From assembly GCA_951406725.2 (NCBI GenBank), contig OX597836.1, positions 36,580,001 to 36,644,000 on the forward strand: DNA of 64,000 nucleotides, given 5' to 3'. Position 1 is the first letter of the stretch, and each line of letters begins with the position of its first letter. Origin of the DNA: Octopus vulgaris (lineage: Eukaryota). The notes beneath the pieces were generated by a model. That model worked only from the letters and a program-made list of their open reading frames with translations. It was not told where the DNA came from and did not search any database. Below are positions 26,470 to 39,065 of the stretch, piece by piece. The position numbers and the translations under genes are program-made.

Positions 26470-26960
26470 GCTGGTGAGCTGGCAGAATCGTTAGCACGCC
26501 GGGCGAAATACTTAGCGTTATTTCGTCTGTCGCTACCTTCTGAGTTCAAATTCCGCCGAGGTCGACATTGCTTTTCATTCTTTCGGGGTCGATTAAATAA
26601 GTACCACTTACGCACTGGGGTCAATATAATCTACTTAATCCCTTTGTTGTCCTTGTTTGTCCTCTCTGTGTTTAGCCCCTTGTGGGTAATAAAGAAATAG
26701 GTATTTCGTCTGTCGCTACCTTCTGAGTTCAAATTCCGCCGAGGTTGACTTTGCCTTTCATCCTTTCGGGGTCGATTAAATAAGTACCACTTACACACTG
26801 AGGTCGATATAATCTACTTAATCCCTTTGTTGTCCTTGTTTGTCCTCTCTGTGTTTAGCCCCCTGTGGGTAGTAAAGAAATAGGTATTTCACTCGTTACT
26901 ATGTTCTGCGTTCAAATTCTGCCGAGGTCGACTTTGTCTTTGAAGCTTTCAGTATCGATG
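26470..26960 (+). mobile_element. SINE family B with tandem internal units (about 183 bp, two full plus one partial)
   Basis: 3' end gaaataggtatttcgtctg re-enters the element at about 26702 and again near 26885. Confidence 0.9.
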
Positions 26961-27034
26961 AAGGAAGTTCCAGTGAAACATTTGCGTCAATATTATCGAC
27001 CAGTCTATTTTATATATACCTTTTCTTCTTCATT

Positions 27035-27412
27035 TTTTCTCTTGAAAAACGCCGCCGCCGTGGTAATCTCATTCTCGCCCACAACATCATAAGCGGAAAG
27101 TGTAACCTCTCGAAAGAGCTGTTCTTCACTCCTGCTCCAGAGCGTCGGCTGCGGGGTCATTCCGAAAAGCTCTACCTGCGACGATTTCATCTCAATCGAA
27201 GGAGAGGAGCATTCTCCGTCCGGGTTGCGGATCCGTGGAACAAGCTGCCAGACGAGATGGTGAAGATGCCGACGACCGCTTTGTTCAAAGCCTCCCTGGA
27301 CCTCAAGTGGCCTGAACTCTTTATATGAGCACCGCACTGTACTTAACTCCATGTCCCCCTACATGGCCTTGCTATTTGCTTTTGAGCCAAATTAACTAAC
27401 TAACTAACTAAC
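27035..27412 (+). mobile_element. CR1-type LINE 3' end, 5'-truncated, young
   Basis: Open frame FSLEKRRRRGNLI...LRGHSEKLYLRRFHLNRRRGAFSVRVADPWNKLP...FKASLD..*, short UTR, (CTAA)n tail. Confidence 0.9.
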
Positions 27413-28023
27413 TTTTCTCTGATGACCTGACCTCTCTTCCTTTACTCACGACTGCGCAGAATCTGTGTCATTGCCCTTCTATTATTCTTCTCGTCATAGA
27501 AATATTTCTCTTTCTCAGCATTAATCTTTACAACTTACATTATCCCTATTGCTATCAAATTACTTTCTTTCATTTCTAAGTTGTTTACTTTCTATCTCTC
27601 TCCCTCTCTCTTTCCACCCCTCTCTCTTCTTAAAAAATTTTAAAGACCGTAAGATAGCACCTTGAAAGGCACAAGTCCAGGCAATTTTGTTTATGGAAGA
27701 CCAGCAGTCGCCCAAGCATAGCAGCCTTCCTTCTCCATGCAAAAGTTAAAATCTGATACAGCTTGGTACCAATGACGTAGCAACGTATTTCTGAAGCTGA
27801 ATGAACTGGAACAAAGTGAAATAAAGTAACTTGCCTAAGAACACAACACACAGCTCGGTACGAAATCGAACTCACTGCATCGTTAATGTGAGCTCAACGC
27901 TCTAACCACTGCGGCATTCCACTTTTCTTTTCTTACTGTTATGTTAATGTCAAATCTTCTTTAAATTTCACCTCCCTCTCTCTCTCTCTCTGTCTTACTG
28001 TTGACCCATACTTTCTTCATTAT

Positions 28024-28397
28024 TGGAAGCACTCCGTCGGTTACGACGACGAGGGTTCCGGTTGATCCGATCAACGGAACAGCCTGCTCGTGAAATTAAC
28101 ATGTAAGTGGCTGAGCACTCCACAGACACGTGTACCCTTAACGTAGTTCTCGGGGATATTCAGCGTGACACAAGGCCGGCCCTTTGAAATACAGGTACAA
28201 CAGAAACAGGAAGTAAGAGTGAGAGAAAGTTGTGGTGAAAGAGTACAGCAGGGATCACCACCACCCTCTGCCGGAGCCTCGTGGAGCTTTAGGTGTTTTC
28301 GCTCAATAAACACTCACAACGCCCGGTCTGGGAATCGAAACCGCGATCCTATGACCGCGAGTCCGCTGCCCTAACCACTGGGCCATTGCGCCTCCAC
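28024..28397 (-). mobile_element. SINE family C, full length
   Basis: Reverse complement of the 44847 copy; TSD-like actttcttcattat on both sides. Confidence 0.92.
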
Positions 28398-29251
28398 TTT
28401 CTTCATTATATATCTCCCAAATTCTTTGTCCCGTAATTTCTCTTCGTATCTTATTTCTTTCTTAATGCATTTTCCATCCCCGCTATCCATTTCCTTTCAT
28501 TCTCTATCTTGTATTTCTTGCTTTCTTTATATCTCTTCCTGTTTTTCAATCTCTTTTGCTTTCTTTCCTTTCAGCTGTTCGCTTGTTCCATTTTTGCATC
28601 CAATTCCTTATTTTGTGCTTTACACATTTTGCTTTCATTCATCTTCTGGCTGTATTTCTCTTTAAAACCACATTTCTTCAATTTACCATTAATTTACAGT
28701 GACGTTATTTTATTCTTTAAATATAAATTTGCATCTTTAAATATACATTTGCTTAAGAACAGAAATTTGCATCTGCTCGTGGCTGTAATTCGAACTCATA
28801 CACATAAAATTTCATACGCCACTTAAAGAAATAACATTCTGGTGAACCTCATAGTAATTTCGTTGACGAGTGGCGACAGCATAAGTTTCACAACGGAAGC
28901 TCAATTTTGTTTTGTACGTTCAAGTTCTGATCACGATTTTATGGAATCTTCTTCTTCTTCTAGGAATAACTCCCTAGAAAATAATAGTATACAAATTATG
29001 TCCCAAAATTATACAGCTATCAGTTGGCAAGCCAGGACATGCTCTATTTGAAGAACAAAAGATCTGCACGGAGACAAAACTGCAGGCTTATGCTACCATG
29101 AATGCAGCCCGTAGAAAATGTCAGAACAAAGAACACAACACTTTCCCTAAACATTTTACTATCAGACAGCAAGTTGATACAGGTAGTTTATCCCGTCCTT
29201 ATATCTCCTTCCCTCTCTCTCTCTCTCTCTCTCCCGCTCTCTCTATCTCTA

Positions 29252-29285
<34 letters not shown>

Positions 29286-29453
29286 CATGCGTAGAGGTTA
29301 GTCAAAATATGTACGAGACTGACTTCCAGTAACGTTTTCAAAACGTTCTGCTTTCGTGACTTTATTACTTTATTTTCTGCAGAATACCACCATACGCGGT
29401 GCTTGTAACTTAGTTTAGAAAATGTTCTCACTTTCCAAATGGTATTATTTAGC

Positions 29454-29548
<95 letters not shown>

Positions 29549-29753
29549 TAAAAACAGATTCTGTTGTCCAGGCTCTCTTACCCTAATGGTTCTGAACACT
29601 CAACCGGGTTTCAAGATGTCCAGCACTTGAAGACGTGCCACCCGCTGTAGAATAGTGACATACGCGACGCTTATATGTTTGATTAGAACACGCATACATT
29701 TATAATTCATACATCACCCTGTGTCTATCTGTCAATCTATCTATTTATTTATG

Positions 29754-29830
<77 letters not shown>

Positions 29831-30095
29831 CGGTCGTGAATGTGTGTGTATGAGTTTGTTTATATATATATATATACATTATTTGTGTTGTTACATTGCA
29901 GCCATGATGGGATACCAATTTCAAGACGTTTTAAGTGAAATGAATCACTTCCTTATCTATTTTTATTAATTCCGGTACTTATATTATTGATATCTTCTGC
30001 TGAACCATTAAGTTATGTTGTCTTAACTACACCAATCTCGGTGGTCAATCGGTGTTTCACAAAAATACGTGCACACAGTCATACGTACCAATACA

Positions 30096-30163
<68 letters not shown>

Positions 30164-30435
30164 ACAAAGTCGTTCCGGCGTTTCAGTCGAGTGTAATGGC
30201 ATTAATTTGGTAACATCTGAAAGGTTGTCGTGGTATATGTTTGGCTGATAGATCAACTTTATGGGTGCAGACATATCTTGAAAAATCTGAAACCTGCGCA
30301 GGTCCCACATTATCCTTTTCCAGGTATTTCATCTTTCAGATGTTCTCCCTGGAGGTAAGATAATTTTTTCTAGTTTGTTGCACACACGCATTTTTGCTAG
30401 TACATACGCGGTGAAGCTATACATTAGAGTCGTAT

Positions 30436-30485
<50 letters not shown>

Positions 30486-30753
30486 TTATATATACATATA
30501 TATATATACATATATATTTATATATACATATATACACGGAGAGAGAGAGAGAGAGAAAGGATAAAAATAACACAGAAGATTTGTTTTACGGGATTCAAGA
30601 GTATATTAGAGCCTTGATAATAATGATAAACAATTTTGTACAAAATAAAGTTTTGCTCTTTGAACATAATTGAAGTAAGGACCGATTTTGCAATGCTCCG
30701 TCACCACGTGTGTTTCCCCACTAAGTTATTTTCTACCGTATATATATATATAC

Positions 30754-30900
<147 letters not shown>

Positions 30901-31277
30901 TAACGGTTTTCCTTTCAATTTCGATCTATACGAAATCCACTCAGAAGTCTTTGGTCTGCTTGGGGCTATATTAGAATACAACTGAAGTTTTACGCAGTGG
31001 GACTGAAACCACAACCATGTGGTTGGGCGAAAAATATAAAGATGAATATGTTTGTTTTATTAATTCGTATACACATAAACTCTTACTGTCTCCGTCTATC
31101 GCTTCTTCTCTCTATTTCGCTCTCTCTTTATCTTTAAATTCTCCGTTTCTGTGATTTATTTCATTCATTTTTTTACCTGTTTGTTTAGTCTATTTTTACT
31201 TTCTGTGTATCAATATCTCTACAACGGGGAGTGTTACCGAGCTGGAGGTAGCTGTTAGTGTTGCGTTTAGCAATATA

Positions 31278-31659
31278 CTAGCAGTATCGCCCGGCGTTGC
31301 TCGGGTTTGTAAGGGAAATAACTATAAAGCATTTTTAGAGAGTTATAGCCAAAAAATAGCAAACAAATGGAAAAAAAATGATGGTAAATTTTTTTGAGAG
31401 TTAAAAAGGTGGAGTTGCGTCCCCTAGACAGTCTGTGGTTTGTGTTTCTGATTCTCGACCCCATGTCGAATTTATTGATTTTTTCAGAAATGGGGGAACT
31501 TTTCAAAATTTTCGCTGCGTTAGTTTTGAATTATGACATTGGGCTATGTGTGTGTCAAGTTTCATCAGAATCGGTTGAAAGCCGTGGTCAGGGTGAGGGT
31601 ACAACCTAACAGACACACAGACACACACACAGACAAACTGCCGTTTATATAGAGAGAGA
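31278..31659 (-). mobile_element. Non-autonomous Helitron family 2
   Basis: Minus strand A|TC...cccgagcaacgccggg cgatactg CTAG|T; last roughly 65 bp shared with family 1, interior different. Confidence 0.88.
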
Positions 31660-32356
31660 TATATCGCAGGAAGGGGTGATCAACTGTGTAGTCTGAGATA
31701 ACCCATCGTTTTGCTTCTCTGAAATGTCATGCATCAACAACAACTTGTATTAATTATAGAAGCGATACGTACATTATGATATGTCTGATCAGACTTAAAA
31801 TGCATGATGATTAATTGACTTCGTAATCAGAAAAATATGGTTCACATGGAAAAAAAATAACATGGATAATTTCATTAAGAAACATTCAATTAATTAACAA
31901 TATACTACATAATTAAATAGTTGATAATAAGCACCAATAGAAAATGTACAACCTTCAAATAAAAATAAAAAGATTATTAGTCTGCTTGTATAATTCGAAT
32001 AATTTCGCGTGGTAAAATATAAAATTTTCCAGTAACGAAATTTTTTAAGCTACACCATTGCCATATTAATTGGCGATGATATTTTCCATTTCATAAAAGT
32101 AATTAACACTTTGTTGCTGCATTGGTGTTTGATATTAGTGTGGTATATGTATGGCTATAGTTGTAGAGGCGCAGACATTGGTGTGTGCTATGACGTTTGA
32201 TTCACCATTATACGTTCCTGAGTTCATTCCCATTGCTTGGAACCTGGATTAAATGACTTCTAATACAACCGCTCGATTACAAAGGCTTCTGAATGGATTT
32301 GGTAGACAGAAATTGAAAGAAGCGTTTCGTATATATATATATATATATATACATAC

Positions 32357-32780
32357 ATTTTTTAAGTAATTCCAAATAATAGTCTTTATAAAGTTTGTAC
32401 AGATTTCCAGTCTTATCAGATTGAACCAACATAGTATCCATAGAATTGATTTCCTTGGTGATGTTGCGAAGATACCTCAGATGTTTATTTCTTAGTGGTG
32501 ATCTTTGAAATTTTACAATTCTCACAATGGACCAGAGATCATCTTCAAATTGCTTCAATCTTGGGTTAGGCGGCGGACTATTTTTAGATTTAAATAACCT
32601 GTTGAACTCAGATGTTTTATCATTAGTGTGTTGTTGAGTGTCATTTTTGTCAAAGAAAAAGGTAAGCCATCTTATTCGGTTGATGAATGAATTAATCTTA
32701 ATGACAAGTTGTTTAAGGAAAACATTCTTAGGTGGAATAGGAATGTCCTTAAGAGATGCGTTAATATTCAATAACTCCAT
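32357..32780 (-). mobile_element. PLE (Naiad-like) ORF N-terminus, truncated at a (TA)n tract
   Basis: SLKDIPIPPKNVFLKQL..KINSFINRIRW..FFF, FKSKNSPP, FEDDLW, LVQSDKTGNLY (PLE DKG-motif region). Confidence 0.85.
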
Positions 32781-33316
32781 ATGCTGTAACTATTCAGTTA
32801 GCAGGTTATTAATAAACCTGATTAAAGTATTATAAATAGATGAGTGTATTTTTACCTTGTTAACAATTAACACAGAAAAAAAATAAATAGTTACCAGGGC
32901 AGCAAAAATCTCACAAGTAAAGGTGTTGTAACTCCTTATTTATAAAGGTAGAAACTTCGTGTTTACGTTGAATATTTTCAATAATATGAATAAAAAATGG
33001 AGTTAACGCAGGCGTAATCAAATATTTTTACTTTCGACAAATGTTTCGAAAATTCCACTGATACTATTCAAAAGAATAAATGGTATAAACAATGCAATCT
33101 TCTCCTCAGGAAAGTGAAAAAAACGAAACTCGTCAATAAGACATTTTAGCAAAAAATGATGGATTTGTATAGCGATAGACAGAACGCTATTAATATTGTT
33201 TAAAAAAACGTTATATGATATAACGTCATAAGTAGCTAACAGAAAGAGTAAGGATATTAATAGTGAATGTTAAATATAAAGGAAATTAAAGTTTAAATTA
33301 TATATAACGATAGAGA
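32781..33316 (-). repeat. PLE pLTR/UTR between tandem copies
   Basis: Lies between the stop of the upstream C-terminal ORF and the ATG of the N-terminal ORF; homologous to 19205-19690. Confidence 0.8.
33030..33115 (-). ncRNA. Type I hammerhead ribozyme in PLE pLTR
   Basis: Minus strand: actttc CTGAGGA gaagattgcattg...cagtggaattttc GAAA cattt GTC gaaagt; long stem II, 6-bp stem I. Confidence 0.82.
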
Positions 33317-33945
33317 CTACTTATATGCCCTAAATGTATGTTTTTGCCAATGCTTACATCTGTATGCTCGCTCTATAACCGTGTTTACTAGAGTATTTTT
33401 AGAAAAAATAATGAAAAATAGCTCAGAATTACAGAGAAGACAGAATTTCTTGCCTTTGTCATATGGTATCGAAATTGAGAGGATCAACCATTCTAAATGA
33501 AATTGTTCATTGTGGTCTTTTAAATCCCAAATCAGTTTGCTGAGACCGGTACTATTCCGAGTACTGATTATACACTGGTATGTAGAATTTTTAATCTTAG
33601 AGTTACTTGACATAAACTTAATTCTATTGGAATTGAATTCAGATACAATAACCTTGTTATTAATATTTCTAGAGGGTTGGATGGTATTAGCTAAATTAAT
33701 GTTAGTATTAGTAAATGTATTAATATTTAACAGTTTGTTATTATGAGAAGATATGATTTGCAAGAGATTTTTTGTGTTTGAAAAACCTATCCTAACCTTA
33801 TGTGAATTGATTATAGAGTGATATCTATAATTGTTTGGAAAATTCCTAGCAATAGCTTGACGAAACAGCAGTGGGAGATTAGATTTAATTTGTCTCCCGT
33901 AAGGAATTATTAACCAAATATTTTTACTAGTATTCATAGCGTAAT
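33317..33945 (-). mobile_element. PLE (Naiad-like) ORF C-terminus, GIY-YIG core internally deleted
   Basis: IWLIIPYG..IKSN, NFP...HSIINSHKVRIGFS..KNL.QIISSHNNKLL, TGLSKLIWDLKD, W.IL...PY....FCLLC..E, RCKH; the YIG segment is missing. Confidence 0.85.
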
Positions 33946-33950
33946 TATAT

Positions 33951-34140
33951 AGGGAGAATTCACGAAAAAAAAAAGACGAAGAGAAGTGTTGTAGAAAATA
34001 AACAGATGTATTAGTATAACTAACGCTCAGGAATTGAAAAAGTATTTTACGTTTCGAGCTTACACTCATCCACAGAAAGGAGTACAGAAAGGAAGAAGGA
34101 GAGAAAAAATGTGTGTAGTGTCTAACGATCTAGCATGGCG
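33951..34140 (-). mobile_element. 6014-type PLE-derived end
   Basis: gggagaattcacgaaaaa...aacagatgtattagtataac...gtttcgagcttacactc. Confidence 0.65.
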
Positions 34141-34268
34141 ACTCATATATATATATATATATATAAAATTAATTAAGGGTAGAAATCAATATTTATCAAT
34201 TAAAACCAGTGGTCTAACACATTAAAAAATCCGAAGATTAAATATTTATATATACCAATTAAGGACTG

Positions 34269-34601
34269 AACACGAAAAAGTGGACAGTCAACATGCTAGA
34301 TATAGACGTCAAATCGCCATTCTCCACAAAAGATTATGTTCTCAGATCAAACTCAACACCAACCCAAGCAATAAACAAGTGAAAATATACGAAAAATAAT
34401 ACTCATCCATGTACTGAATCAGTTTCGACGGATAATAATAGTCGAAACTGATTCAGTACATGGATGAGTATTATTTTTCGTATATTTTCACTTGTTTATT
34501 GCTTGGGTTGGTGTTGAGTTTGATCTGAGAACATAATCTTTTGTGGAGAATGGCGATTTGACGTCTATATCTAGCATGTTGACTGTCCACTTTTTCGTGT
34601 T
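34269..34601. repeat. Perfect inverted repeat: 161-bp arms, 11-bp spacer
   Basis: 34269-34429 is the reverse complement of 34441-34601. Confidence 0.95.
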
Positions 34602-34628
34602 TGTGAGCCTTTTTCGTGTTTGTGAGCC

Positions 34629-34824
34629 TTTGTTTGTCCCTAACATCGTGTGACAACCGATGGTGGTGTGTTTATGTCCCCATGACTTAGCAGTTTGGCA
34701 AAAGAGACCGATAGAATATGTACTTGGCTTGCAAAGAATAAGTCCTGGGGTCGATTTGCTCGACTAAATGTGGTGTTCTACCATGGCGGCAGTCAAATGA
34801 CTGAAACACATAAAAGAGTAACGA

Positions 34825-34825
<1 letters not shown>
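34629..34825 (+). mobile_element. SINE family A, 3' part
   Basis: gacaaccgatggtggtgtgtttatgtcccc...gcagtcaaatgactgaaaca. Confidence 0.85.
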
Positions 34826-34892
<67 letters not shown>

Positions 34893-34918
34893 GTATATGA
34901 AACCTGACCAACACATTT

Positions 34919-36300
34919 TTAACATTAGAAGTACTGGACTATTGTCTGCCTTTAAGCACTAGAATGCGTCAATTTATGCAAAGATGTTTTTCAATTTGAA
35001 AGGAAACAAAAAGAAGACAGGAAAAGAAGTAGACAAATCTATCACGATAATACTAGTCGTAATAGTTTGATATTTTGGAAGAAATTTATTCTTATAAAAT
35101 AGAAATAAATTTATTGAAATTGTAAACATTCATCGCACACTCTTGCTAGAACTTTTTTTACAGACTCCATACATGTTTGTGATTCTGTTTTGGAATTTTG
35201 ATTTCACACATGTACATCTGACTTTATTTCTGGAGGTGGATATTTTCTCAATTGGGCTTTTAGTAATACATGAACGACGGAATCAGAACAAATTCTTCAG
35301 TAAAATTTTAAATATATTCCCATTGGCTAAATAACTGAGTTGCAAACGCTTGTGTGTATTACTCAGTTGTTTATAACAGCGACATCCAAAATATTATATA
35401 AAACGTGCATTGGCCATCGTCCTCTGCTTGCTTTCACTGAATAAAATCTTGCTATCTGGTCAAACACGTCTACCTTATTTTCATGATTATGGTGTCAGGC
35501 TTTCTCTCGGGGTTATTTTCAGAAGGAACTTCTACATGTTGATGTAAGGTACTCAAAACAACAAAAGACTTTGATATTTTTTACTGATACGATGTGTGAT
35601 ATTAGGATTGCCTGTGGATTTCAAAACCATAGTTTCATGGACTGGTTTCATTTGTTTTACTGTTTCTGGTTCCGGGTTGGAGAGGCTTTGCAATTACTGA
35701 ATATCTAAAACCTTGTCACGTGTATTTATAAAGAAAAGCAAGTGAAAGTTTCAAAAGTTGCGAAAGCGTCAATTGACACCTTCGGAACTTATCAGTAGTA
35801 TGTGGTTTATATAATATATATATTGTATATAGAAAAGTAACTCTAGGCAAAATGTCATTGCTTGAGAAGAAAATCAATATCCTTGGTTTGATGTGTTTGA
35901 ATATAAGGTCTACTCCAAAATTAAAGGATTACTGGTAACAACGACAAGAACATGCACAACACACGCACTCCGTGAAGAGAACTGCTGTTCAGACTTTCAG
36001 TGTCTAATGAAAATGACGACAGGCTAAATGTTAAATTTTTATATCCAGGACCATTTTAGAAGCAATATAAGTCACCTGGAAAATCAATGCACTGGGCCCT
36101 AAAATCTTTATTTATTGACTGCAGGTATTTATTTATTAACCAGGGGATACATAGATCGGAATTGTTCTTCTGGGTCTGTGAGGCCGTCCTACAACTGTCC
36201 AGCGCTTAGGGAGTTTCTGTTCTTAACATTGAGGATTCCTGGCAGCTAGGCAGTTGTTATTTGATCAGTTCTCAGACGATAGATTCCCCAATGTATATTA
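34919..36300 (-). pseudogene. piggyBac transposon remnant (best supported at about 35150-35760)
   Basis: Minus strand: RKPDTI..NKVDVFDQIARFYSVKASRGRWPMHVLYNILDVAVINN, then a decayed Cys-rich tail; TTAA at 34919; far boundary uncertain. Confidence 0.75.
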
Positions 36301-37995
36301 ACTAAGTTTAATTGATGTGCAATCCCTAAGGATATTTTAACGCTAACTGGTTCGTTTAATCTTTTATAAAGATCAAGTTTTATTGAAATTGGAATACTGC
36401 TCACACGACAAGAAGGAAGCTTTTTCTAGAGACACAGATATTCCAGACCACTTGACTGTAATGATTGTCTGCTGAATCACAGACACTCACTATGATATTT
36501 AATGCAAACTTTATCTAACGAACACCCTGTATAGTTCTCGATGCTGTATCTACTGCAACCACTACAATGACGCCTATTCCACTGCCTACCTTCATTTAAC
36601 CACATTTAACTGCTTACCTTCATCACACAATTCCCATGTGGTTGCCCTGCTCCCTTTACGGATTTCCTTAGAGTGACTTATCCTTAAGACGTCACAATAT
36701 ATACATTACTTAAGATCTCACTTAAGACGTCACGATAAATGCGTTACTGAAGTTTGCTTCACCATACCAAAAACCACCTGGAACCAATTCTTTACTTAGG
36801 TCTCCTATGCCTGTTGTCAAATGACTGTAGTCTGAACTAAACCTCCACAGTATTTTGGCGACAACGTTAGAAATATCTGCAAATATAATGGATTCCCATC
36901 TACCAATGAAATATCGGTCAATTAAATATAGTTAAGTTCTATTTACTTGATAGCTTTCCATATTTTACTGTGAGAGTACTACTCTGAAGATTCTGCACAG
37001 AGGCTGTCCACATTTCGGGAATTTTATTTTCATGTAGTTTCACTATTCTTTATTTTTAACGTTTTATTTCTTATAATGCTTTGGCTGGCCAAGATAAATA
37101 TTCTCTGAATTGTTCCCGTGCATTTATTTACAATAAAGTAGAACTATATTTAAAGCAGTGAGCATTTATTATGCTTTTTATCTGCAGCATTGCATTACAT
37201 AATATAACGTTAATATGTGTCCTGGAGCATAGGAAAGAAGACGGCGACAGACTGCAAATATATATGTGCAATTCCAATGCGGTTACATTTTCCTTTTATT
37301 CTTTCACTAGAATATATATTGCTGACAATAGAGAATCGTATTTTTTTTTCAAACGTTTAACACAATGAAAAGCGAGGCGACTTCCAATGCAACGTAACAT
37401 GTGATGCTTAATGGAGAAGTCGATATATATATATATAAATATATATACATATATTGAAAAAGCTATGCTGTTTTCTATTCCTATTATGTTTGCCGCCGGG
37501 GGTACTATATGCACTGTTTCGTAAAGTTATTTCTTTGGTCAATATATATTGGTTTCAGATTTATGATTCGTACTATGAACTACTGTGCACTGTCTCTTTA
37601 AACAGTCGATAAAAGCAATTGTTGTTGCTTAGTTCTCCATGTACATATGCGGGTAAAACAGAGTCAATTGCTTAACTTGTCAGTGCTATATATATATATA
37701 TCCATCAGTGGGTGATGGTGCTTATTTCTGCTTTGAGGGGAAGAAGTGAAAGCAATTGTGTTAAAAATGCAACGATACGAGAATGCTATTCTTAATCTAG
37801 CCTGGTTTATTTAGCGACAAAACCGATTTTGGCAGTTTTTGAAATGACGAATAAGAATTCTCTGAATACAAGTTTCTCTAATCCACTGCCGAAGGATAAA
37901 CAATATGATTCTATTCTGAAGTGGAGCATCACAAGGTTGAAAACAAATATTAGTGTTCTGTCGGATTTCTCTACACAAACAATATTACAGGGTAT

Positions 37996-38409
37996 CTCTC
38001 TTTACTCTCTCTTTTACTTGTTTCAGTCATTTGACTGCGGCCATGCTGGAGCACCGCCTTTAGTCGAGCAAATCGACCCCGGGACTTATTCTTTGTAAGC
38101 CCAGTACTTATTCTATCGGTCTCTTTTGCCAAACCGCTAAGTGACGGGGACGTAAACACACCAGCATCGGTTGTCAAGCAATGCTAGGAGGACAAACACA
38201 GACACACAAACACACACACACACACATACATATATATACATATATACGACAGGCTTCTTTCAGTTTCCATCTACCAAATCCACTCACAATGCATTTGTCG
38301 GCCCGGGGCTATAGCAGAAGACACTTGCCCAAAATGCCACGCAGTGGGACTGAACCCGGAACCATGTGGCTGGTTAGCAAGCTACTTACCACACAGCCTC
38401 TCCTGCGCC
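37996..38409 (-). mobile_element. SINE family A, full length
   Basis: Complete head (ggcgcaggag..., B box ggttcagtcc) through (ctctttta)n tail. Confidence 0.93.
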
Positions 38410-38473
38410 TATCCCTGAATTTTACTTACAATTTTAAAAAAAGAATATTAGAAAAGAATTAGGGTAACTCACC

Positions 38474-38686
38474 TTACTTTACTGCAAAACATAGACAAGC
38501 AAATACAGTTTTCTTAGAAGTGTCGGAATACTTCATCCTGGGCTCCAATAGTCCCATGCATTCTGTTGAATTATCCTTCCTCCATGTACTTTTAAAATTG
38601 TAAACGTAGTATGGACACATGCTATTTGCCGTTGTTATATCTTGCAACAACACCGGTAGACACATAATCAACATTACTGCAGCCAT
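38474..38686 (-). CDS. Candidate small secreted Cys-containing peptide or first coding exon
   Basis: AAAAATGG start context, hydrophobic N-terminus, four downstream Cys, GTAAGG/GTGAGT donor-like sites at the ORF end; non-repetitive; no recognised homology. Confidence 0.3.
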   Translation of the reverse strand: MAAVMLIMCLPVLLQDITTANSMCPYYVYNFKSTWRKDNSTECMGLLEPRMKYSDTSKKTVFACLCFAVK

Positions 38687-38815
38687 TTTTAAACAACATT
38701 CTTCAAAATATACCGGATGTAGCCAGCTATTTCTGTTGCTGTAATTGTTCTTGTTATTGCTGCGCTTACAGATTCTTTAAAACCTCCATACCTCTCTCTC
38801 TCTCTCTCTCTCTCC

Positions 38816-39020
38816 GCGTGTGTATCTTTGGCGATTTTTATTTCCTCCGTCTTCCCTTCCTTGAATCTTTGCTTTTCCTATGTTTCTGACGAAGAGCTTC
38901 GTTTGAAACGTTAAATCCTCCTTCTTTCTTTCCTTTCCTGAGCGTCCAATACTACTATACTTGTTCCACGTCCTCGCGTTGTTGTGTTTTCTCTTTGTTT
39001 TCATGTTAGGATTAACTTTA
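38816..39020 (+). mobile_element. PLE-derived end with minimal hammerhead-like motif (38883-38915); copy at 63490
   Basis: ttt CTGACGA agagc ttc gttt GAAA cg TT aaa; near-identical reverse copy at 63490-63668. Confidence 0.7.
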
Positions 39021-39034
39021 CATATATATGCATG

Positions 39035-39062
<28 letters not shown>

Positions 39063-39065
<3 letters not shown>

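Noticed and set aside
26470-26960. CRISPR-like repeat array
   Set aside because: Whole units repeat with no unique spacers; eukaryotic SINE sequence; no cas genes
33181-33235. SECIS candidate (minus-strand ATGAcgttata...) in the PLE 3'UTR
   Set aside because: No matching 3' GA for the quartet, and the homologous copy near 19296 has CTGA; looks like a plain hairpin
33946-34069. N-terminal part of the 250-aa ORF
   Set aside because: Derived from an adjacent 6014-type repeat fused in frame by chance
38181-38462. Recurrent peptides such as SARGYSRRHLPKVPRSGTEPGTMW and ETDRISTGLTKNKSW in several ORFs
   Set aside because: Translations of SINE family A, not a gene family
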